In this document: positions 55,741 to 64,000 of the stretch, in pieces
Layout: every line of letters begins with the position of its first letter
Position numbering within the stretch: the first letter of the stretch is position 1
Assembly (NCBI RefSeq): GCF_009914755.1
Contig: NC_060944.1
DNA from: the human T2T-CHM13v2.0 reference genome, Homo sapiens
DNA: 64,000 nt
Strand: one strand, 5' to 3'
Notes under the pieces: model-generated
The model's input: the letters and a program-made list of their open reading frames with translations, nothing else
What the model was told of the DNA's origin: nothing
Databases searched by the model: none
Translations under genes and position numbers: made by a program

Positions 55741-56209
55741 TTGGGGGAGGAAAGCGGGGAGGAGGCCGTCAGGGTCGGCTCTGTTTGGCTGGGCCCCCAG
55801 TGTGAAGAGAGCACGCTTTCTCCCACCATCTTCACCCTCTCCCTAACTCCTCTCCAGTTGAGTGGTGCACCCAGGGGTGCATTCTTAGAACCCCAGGAGG
55901 AAAAGATAAGAACCAACAAGAGAGTCAAAGCTAAGGGGACAGAGAGGCCTCCTCCAAAGCCCTCTCATGGTCTCCACCACCCTGAGCAAGGGCTGTCTTC
56001 AGATAGGAGACGTGGCTGACATCCCACCTATGACCAGAGAATTCCAGACCCAACAACAAAGGCCAGCATGGAAGAGCTCTGCCCCCAGTGTGGGCATTTC
56101 CCTGGATTGTGGTGGCCCTGCCCTGAGCTTCTGGTCGTGTCCTGGGTCACGTAGGACCACTCACTGTGTGTCTCCTGAGAGCCACCTGAAGAAAAAGAGC
56201 AAGCAAGAG

Positions 56210-56368
56210 AGAGAAAGACAAAGAAGGAAAGAGAGAGAGAGAGGAGGGGAGGGGAGGGAAAGAGAGAGAGAGAAAGAAAGAAGGAAAGAAAGAAGGAAAG
56301 AAAGAGAGGAGGGAAGGGGGGAAGGGAAGGAAAAGAGAAAGAGAGAGACAGAGGGGAAGGAAAAAAAA
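56210..56368. repeat. GA-rich low-complexity tract
   Basis: Seen directly. Confidence 0.85.
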
Positions 56369-56664
56369 TTCTAAGTACTCCGTGGCATTCGGTCTTTCAG
56401 GAAGTCATTATTAGGTGCCACCTGTATGCCCAGCTCATGCTAGGCATTGCAGAGGCCACTAAAGAGCTGGAGGCATTAGCTCTGTCCTCCAAGGAATCAA
56501 AATGTAGTTGGACATAAATGATCCAAAGAAATTGCTGGAACCCAAAGAAGAGGGCACATGATGTTGGATGTGTATCCTCTCTCATTCCCAGCAGGGATGA
56601 GGATGGGGAGATGGCAACGTGGACCACCCTCACTTCCTCGGGCCGCCACATGAAAAAGTCTAGC

Positions 56665-56922
56665 ACAGGGACTCGCAGCCACGGGCAGTTTTGCACCACC
56701 CACCTCCACCCCCCGCCCCCCCCCCCCCCCCCGGGGACATTTGGCAAGTCTAGAAATATTTCTTTTGGATTGTTGATTACTAGGGATGTGGGGAAATGCT
56801 ACTGGCATCTAATGGGTAGAGAGTCCAGGGATGCTGATGAACATTCCAAAATGCACAGGACAGGCCCACAACACAGAATTATCCAGCCCCAGATGCCAGT
56901 GGTGCTGAGATTGGGAAAACCA
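56665..56922. mobile_element. MER20-like hAT element
   Basis: ggggacatttggcaagtctag..tgctactggcatctaatgggtagag..gggatgctg..aatgcacaggacag. Confidence 0.8.
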
Positions 56923-56940
56923 GCTCTGGCACTGCAGCTA

Positions 56941-57307
<367 letters not shown>

Positions 57308-58085
57308 TCACTGCTGGCCTCTTCTGTCTCCTCATCAGTAGATTGAGGATGATGATTGTGAGAATGGAATGAGATGGTTCACAGAGAAGGCTTGAGGGCA
57401 GTGCCTGGCTCACGCATTTCAAGTGTTTGTTCTCACCGTTATTAAAAACCTGCAAACTGCCAAACTAGGACAGAAACTCGTGAGCTTTTTGCTCCTCAAC
57501 CCAGGTTTTTCTTGCTCATGGAACACTCCCCAAGAAAGTGCAAGGCGCAGCTTGGCTTGTCTTGGGATCTGCCTTGGTGCTGCTCCCAGATGTATGCAAC
57601 CAGCTCTCGGGATCCCTATGGCCAGCCGGCCCCACCTTTGGGGGGTGAGATGTGTGGACAGGGCCCCAAGCTGACTCATCCCCTCTAGAAGACAAGTGTC
57701 CATTCCCTCTCACTCCTATTGTTGTCTTAGGGATGAAGGGTTTTCATGTACAAGCCTAGGGTTTGGGACGGTGTGGGGTTTGGAGGCCTTCCTGGGGATG
57801 CCAAGGGGCTTGAACCAGAGACGGTCTTTCTCTGTTCCAGCAGGAAAAAAGCTGATGAGTCCAGCTCCAAGCTCTGCCCCTGGGGCTCCCTGCAGTGCAG
57901 AAGGGGCAGGTCCCACCAACTCCCATTAGGGGACAGCATCACCTGGCAGGGGAGGAGGGCTGCCCAGGGCTGGCCTGGCCAAGAGCTCTCTGACGCATGT
58001 TCCTTGTGGCATGACCAGGATGCTGAGCTGGGACTCGGGGACTTGGGCCTGCCAGCTGGAAGCCAGCAGGGAAGGCTGTTGTTGG

Positions 58086-58168
58086 TTAACTCTCTGGTAA
58101 CAATTTGTACAAACGCCACCAGGCCCGTGGAAGCCTCGCTTTCGTCGGAGCTGTGGTTCCCCAAAAGC
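58086..58168 (-). pseudogene. Tentative PIEZO pseudo-exon preceding TM9
   Basis: caacag|g LLGNHSSDESEASTGLVAFVQIVTR(fs)ES* vs PIEZO1 REASPLHSLGHLIMDQSY / PIEZO2 AMVSVFQFIMKQSY. Confidence 0.35.
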
Positions 58169-58639
58169 CTGTTGCAGATCCAGAGTCCTCTGCACGTCTT
58201 TTCCTTTCCTTCCTTCCAGAAGCCTGAACTTGACCTCAGTGGCAGGGCTGCGGCGACCTCGGCTGCCCTTGCTGCCTCTTACCCAGCCTTCTGTCTGGCC
58301 CATTCTTTGTTTAGGTTTTTTGGAGAATCATCCGGGGGTGTTTGCATTCTACTTCCCTTCCCCAGACCCAGCAGCCCCCACCCGCGGCAACAGCAGCCTC
58401 CACACATCAGCGGCACTCAGCGGCCTCTGTGGGCCAGACCGCGGGGTGTTTAAACGCTCCAGCCGCTTCAAGGTCTCCCACGTCCATCCGCTCAGTAATA
58501 CGTGATGTATCATGCATACAACTATGAACAAAACCAACCCCTGTGCATGCATCCATGCTGCGTGCAGCCTGGTAGCTGTATAATACCAGCTGTAATAGAG
58601 ACATTTGAGAATTGTGCACACACACAAATATAAAATTAC

Positions 58640-59290
58640 AGCTGTGATCAGAACTGTGACAAGAGGTACACAGTGGTGACAGAGCCTGAAATTGAGGGAC
58701 TAGTCAGAGAGGCCAGGGGAGGCTCCCCAGAGAAGGTGAGGACTGGGCCTTGGGAAGGAATAATGAGGGCCACCTGAGTCAAGGAGGGAGCAAAAATGAG
58801 CCTGACATGAGCTTGACTCCCAGAGAGAGGGATTGAGGAGGAAGCCAGGGGAGCTGGAGCCCAGAAAGCAAAGATTGTGATATGATTGAAGACAGGAGAA
58901 GGAGGCCATAGGGAAGGTTTTAGGCAGAGGAGGGACAAGGTTAGATTGACTGGAAAGGATGTTTCTAGCTGCGATGTAGAGAATAGACTACAGGGGACGA
59001 GCATATTTGGACAGATCAGTTGGAGGGCATTGGAGAGGTGCAGGGAAAATTAGGGATTCATGCACTGGGAGGGTGAGGTGGAGTAGCGAGGAAAATGGGT
59101 GATTCCAGAGAAATCTAGGACAATCAAAAACACCCTTACTGTGGATTAGGTAAGACTTGAGGGTGAGGAAGGAAACTTGCTTACAGATTTTGGATGGATG
59201 AGACACCATTCGCCAAGGCAGAAAACTGGGAGACCAGACTTGGAGGGAGAAGTCCTGGGCCTGGTTTGGAGCCGGTGAGGTCTGAGGACC
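58640..59290 (-). mobile_element. L2 fragment
   Basis: ggaggctccccagagaaggtgag..gggaaggttttaggcagaggagggacaaggttagat pattern. Confidence 0.65.
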
Positions 59291-61745
59291 TCTAGGCCAT
59301 CCAGGGCCATTCTCCATGTGAGCCCACGCTCCTTTCCAACCGAGAGCTGCTCACTCCACACTACAATCCATGGACTTAACCAGGGATAGTTCTCCAGCCA
59401 GGAGTGAACTTCCTGCCCCCTCTCCCTAGACCCAACCCTTCATTCAAGGCAAGCTCTTCCTCCAGGAAGTCCTACCGGATAAACCAGCTTTGGTCCAGCA
59501 CCCCTCACTGAAGCAGTGATGAGAGACCCAGGTACCCAGTTACCATCTTGCAAGACCGAAGCCTGCAAGAAGCGCTTCCCCGCACAAAAAAGAGGTTCCA
59601 GCTCTGCTTCTCTTTGCCTTTTACCCTAGTTATTCACATGCACATCCTGGCGCCCTGCCTGGAGGACAGAAACCCTGCCTTGTAGTCTTTGTAGCCTCCA
59701 CAACCCCACGCCCAGGGTCTTGCATTGAGCCATCACCCAGCACCGGCATTGAACCACAGCTTCCCCTCCAAGCCCCGGTGGTGCACAGCCACATTTACAT
59801 CCCAGTATATGCGTTCCAAATAGGCCGCAGGAGGTGCTTGCTGAAACACCATTCCATCTTGTGCTCAGAGCCGAGGTCGAGCAAATGGATCTGCGCAGAA
59901 AATGCTCTTTAAAATGCATTATGCTCATGAGTTTAAAGAGACGCCTGCTGCTCAGTGAATTTAAAACAGGAGCAAGCCGGTGATGAATGACCTCAGGTTG
60001 TTACAAGGCTAAGAAACAAGGAGCTCTGTCTGCCTGCCTGTAAATAAAGTGTGGACATATATCACCTACAGGGCTTTGCCGGAGGGAGACTCTTAAACCT
60101 ATTGGACAGGAAAACACAGTTCCCAGCTCATCAGAATATCATACAATAAGGTTCTTATTCGGATAAAATATGAAAACAGTCACAGCTGTGGGGAGGGGGG
60201 CCCCCCCCCCATACCCATTATGGAGGACAGGGTCTCCGGGATGGCATGACTCAGGGTCACAGTCCTACTTGGACTTGCTTGGGTGTGAAGGTGGCTCCTA
60301 CGCTGAGAGCAAACACCTGGGAAGTGACCTGAAGGCAGGAACAAACAGGTGTGATTGTTGTTGGGTTTTTTTTAAAAAACGAATCTAGCAGATTTTATTT
60401 TTTAACTTTTCTATGCTGGGTGGCACTACGAAGACAGGTCCTAACCTGGCTTAATGGGGGAGGAAATTAGTTGAGGTCATCTATAATATACTAATTATAT
60501 CCTTCTGTGCCCACTCCTCTTAGAGCCAGCTGTGAAATTAACAGTAGAACAAGCTGTTAGCAAGCCATGATTAAATATGCCCCATGTCCAGTGCACCGTG
60601 GTAGGCACTGTGGGGGGGTTGGAGGGAGGGATTAAAGACCTGCAGAAGCCCTTCTGCTGCTCCAGGGCTCTGCATACAGATGCAAGGCAGCTCTGGAGCA
60701 ATTCTGGAGCTAAGTGCAAAGCAATGACTCCACTCTGAGCAGCTGAACTGGGAAGGTGAAGGCATCCCACTGTGATGGGCTAAGAGAAGAGAGGTTTCCC
60801 AGGTGAGCCATGTTTTCAGTTTACGCTCACTTTGGGGAGCAGAGTTGGCTGTCTGCAGACTTCCTTTCTCTGTATTACAAACCATCCCAGGGTCCCTCTG
60901 GGCCTGGGTGTTGGTGTCATCATGGGGCTGTGCACAGAAACAGATACAAGATGAAGCATGGGCTCCACGCCACCAAGGTGAGCAGGTGTATAATCACCCT
61001 GGCGTGAGTGGTTTGGACAATTATTCATACAGACTGTTTCTTCCAAGATGGACAGCTTCTCATCAAGGCTCAGGGAAGCTGGGTTTGTGACCTTGGGCAA
61101 GTTATTTGCTTCTGGAAACCCCAGCCCCCCCTATCTGCAGATGAGTAGTGCCTGCCAACCAGTCCCCAGGGTGCATTTGTGAGCCCGAACCACTTCCACC
61201 ACTTCCGCATGACGTTTATTGGGCAAAGCAATGAATGATGCACGGGTGCCAGATGCCCTGCACTGGGAGGCAGGCTTCTTGCTTAGCTCCTCGGGGCAAG
61301 CCTCATTCATTGAGCAAGCATTTACTGAGCACTTGCTGAGTACTAGGAGTGTGCTGGCCACAGCACAGCACTGCAGGTACGCTGCCGACCGGCACCACTT
61401 TGGCTCGCTGAGCTTGGAATTTCCATGGTGGTTTAACTCAACCCTGCACACGTTTCACAGCAGGCTCCCCACCCTCCACTTGCTAAGGAGACAACGCAGC
61501 AGATGGTGAAGGCGGAAACTCTGGTGTCACACTGCATGGGTTCAAATCCCAGTTTGCCACTGAATGCTGTAATGTGAGCAGGCGACACTCCCTCGATGGA
61601 ATGAAGGGCATGATCATGTCAAGCACTGATGCGGAGGATACTCTCAATAAACTGACCTCCTGTTGCTGTTACTATTACGCTATTTTTAAAAGAAAGTGTG
61701 TGCTTGCCGTGGCACGTGGCTGTGCAGAGCCAGGTGAGGGTGTAC

Positions 61746-61851
61746 TCAGTTGGCCTTCCTCCCTGCCTGAGGCCCACGGCACAGAGCGCAGCTCGCGGTC
61801 TTCACTTTTGCTTTGTGACTTTGGGAGGTGCACCCCCATCTCCCCCTGTTC
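61746..61851 (-). pseudogene. Tentative PIEZO linker pseudo-exon
   Basis: Acceptor tgtgttttcctcgag, phase-0 start, EQGEMGVHLPKSQSKSEDRELRSVPWASG (weakly like PIEZO2 RRRSLWYAT), GT donor. Position fits. Confidence 0.3.
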
Positions 61852-62123
61852 CTCGAGGAAAACACAGATTTTTAAATCTTCCGCCTTCTCTAGAGTCCCC
61901 TGTGAGACTGACTGGCGTATAAAAAAGCCCTCCACAGGAAGAAGAGACCGCAGAGTAGAATATTTTAAATTGAGGCTACTTGCCTCCAGAAAACCCTGCC
62001 TCTGGGTCTCTGCCTCTGAGGCTGCAAGTCTCTGGGCCATTGAGCAGGAAGCGCTTCTCCAACATCTCAGCTGTGTTCCAGGATTCCCAGCAGAGAGGCT
62101 CACCGCCATAGGGGCGGGACCCT

Positions 62124-62425
62124 GAGCCACGTGTGGCTATTTAAAACATCCAAAACATGATTACTTCAACGTGGAGACAAAAAATATTGCAATATTTAGT
62201 CTTTTTTTCTATACCATGTTTTCAAAATCTGGTGTGTGTTTTTGCTCTTACAGCATATCTCAATTCAGATGCTGCATTTTCATCAGAAACACTTGATCTG
62301 TACTTAGATTTCGTAAAATGTAAAGTGGAAGACAGATTCATACATTTGGGCTGTTCCAAACAAGCATTAAAGTTTTCCAATAACTGAATCAGGTGTTACT
62401 TTTTTTTTTTCATTTTAATTAAGTA
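62124..62425. mobile_element. MER33/Charlie-like hAT element
   Basis: gccacgtgtggcta..ttttcatcagaaacacttgatctgtacttagatttc..gttttccaataactgaatc. Confidence 0.7.
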
Positions 62426-62941
62426 AAAGGACACCTCTGCTCCTCGGCCGTGCTGGCTCCCACCACTGCGGTCCAAGCTCAAGCCCTGATATAAGCCACA
62501 CCTGGTAAAACCTCCCAGGGGCTTCTGAATTCATCACAAGACAACCTCCCAGAGAGGCCGTCCCAGGCCTCGCATGGGTCGAATGCCCAGGAACCTATGC
62601 CTCTGTCAGTGAGCAGCTGTAATTTTTTTTTTGCAATTCCTTCACACATTAAGCCAAAACCTGCCTCTTTGTAACTTACACCCTCCTACCTTCCTTTTGT
62701 TCCCCAGAGCCAAGTGAAGGCAAGTTGGCTGCCTCAGCTGTGCGACAGCTCTTCAAAATTCTAAGGCAACTCTCACACTTCCCTAGCCTTCCCCTCTCCC
62801 ACTCCAAACCATCACACTCGATCTGTTTAGTACCCACAGGAAGAGAAACCTAGGAAGCAAGTATCAGTCCTTCACACTTTAGTAGAAATTGGCCCATCAA
62901 CTTGCTTTCCTCTGCAGGGCTGGGAAGGTGAACAGATGCTC

Positions 62942-63101
62942 CCAGCTATCTGGGGCCCACAGAGGCAGCAGGAGGACCAGTGTGTAATAGGACAGCAGCA
63001 GAATCAAAGGGTTTATCATCTCTGCCAGCCAGAGCCTGGATGGCAGTGGAGTTTCCAGGACACTGCGGTTGGTCCTGATGCATGCGATCATCTCCAGCAG
63101 C
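62942..63101 (-). pseudogene. PIEZO pseudo-exon, ~THU2 loop + TM8
   Basis: cag|g LLEMIACIRTNRSV(P)WKLHCHPGSGW(P)EMINPLILLLSYYTLVLLLPLW vs PIEZO2 LFGIKSVIQTDCSSTWKIIVNPDLSWYHHANPILLLVMYYTLATLIRIW. Compensating -2/-1 frameshifts; donor degenerate, end approximate. Confidence 0.85.
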
Positions 63102-63424
63102 CTGTGCGCAGAAGGCCAACCAGGAAGTCACAGATGCCACCATGAACACCTCAGGTCTGGCACCCATCCTGGTGGCAGCAGCATCACTTGAGCCTTGTGT
63201 GCCCTAGCCCACCCGTTGCCTGGGTAGGGGAGATGGCCAGGCACGGGGAAGGGGAATGGAGATGGGGCAAGGGCACACTATGGATCCCCCTGGCTGTCTC
63301 AGACCAAAGCCCTCCTCAGATGGCCATTTCCCCCAACACACCCCGGGGCCAGCTTCGGGGCTGTCTGTGTGGTCTCTGCCCCTTCTCTGCTATGGGACTC
63401 ATTGCATCATCCAGTTAACTCCTG

Positions 63425-63708
63425 TCTCCCCATCAGGCTGCAAGCCCCATCTTCTCCCCCATCATCAGGCTGCAAGCCCCGTCTTCTCCCGCATCATCAG
63501 GCTGCAAGCCCCGTCTTCTCCCCCATCATCAGGCTGCAAGCCCCGTCTTCTCCCCCATCATCAGGCTGCAAGCCCCGTCTTCTCCCCCATCATCAGGCTG
63601 CAAGCCCCGTCTTCTCCCGCATCATCAGGCTGCAAGCCCCGTCTTCTCCCCCATCATCAGGCTGCAAGCCCCGTCTTCTCCCCCATCATCAGGCTGCAAG
63701 CCCCGTCT
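63425..63708. repeat. 32-bp VNTR, 8 full copies plus partial flanks
   Basis: Unit ccccgtcttctcccccatcatcaggctgcaag, near-perfect. Confidence 0.97.
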
Positions 63709-64000
63709 GTCCTGGTTATTGCTGCATCCTCAGTGCCTGGCACCCAACTGTTAGTTCCCTTACCTTCGGAAAGGTGTCAGGTGCCAGCCTGGAGGAGAAA
63801 AAGTCCAAACCAGGCCGCGTGTTTCCTGTGCATTCTATGTCCCCAGCCACCTGGGCCTTAGTGACAGACTGTGTAGTAGATCGATGAATGAATGACAACG
63901 GGTGGCCAAGCATGGAGGTATACGCTGCCTTCTCTCCTTCTGGCAGAACGTGATGATGGGCACAGAATTGAGGTTTGTATGGGTTGAATTTTATCCCCAA

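Noticed and set aside
57575-57625. CIHLGA resembling PIEZO1 CLDLGA
   Set aside because: No upstream transmembrane-coding match and no donor.
63425-63708. CRISPR-like 32-bp repeats
   Set aside because: No spacers, eukaryotic context; it is a tandem VNTR.

Overview
Primate (Alu-rich, human-like) genomic DNA with no intact protein-coding gene. The main feature is a large, intron-containing, heavily decayed PIEZO-family mechanosensitive channel gene on the minus strand (~63.1 kb down to ~11.1 kb). I reconstructed 26 well-supported and about 6 tentative pseudo-exons by hand. They are colinear with PIEZO1/PIEZO2 and mostly keep exon length and intron phase, covering blade repeats (~THU2 to THU9), beam, lateral plug, clasp, anchor and outer pore helix. 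They carry many stops, frameshifts and dead splice sites. The protein is far from both PIEZO1 and PIEZO2 and often closer to PIEZO2, so it looks like the unitary pseudogene of a third vertebrate PIEZO rather than a PIEZO1 copy. From memory this is probably the locus annotated PIEZO1P2 at 20q13.32 (not verified). Bases 1-10.9 kb are a nested block of old L1 and Alu. Introns hold Alus, MIR/L2, hAT MERs, a THE1 solo LTR, an internally inverted MLT2A/HERV-L, two local ~0.1-0.2 kb duplications, compound microsatellites and a 32-bp VNTR. All PIEZO and repeat comparisons are against sequences recalled from memory, not computed alignments.
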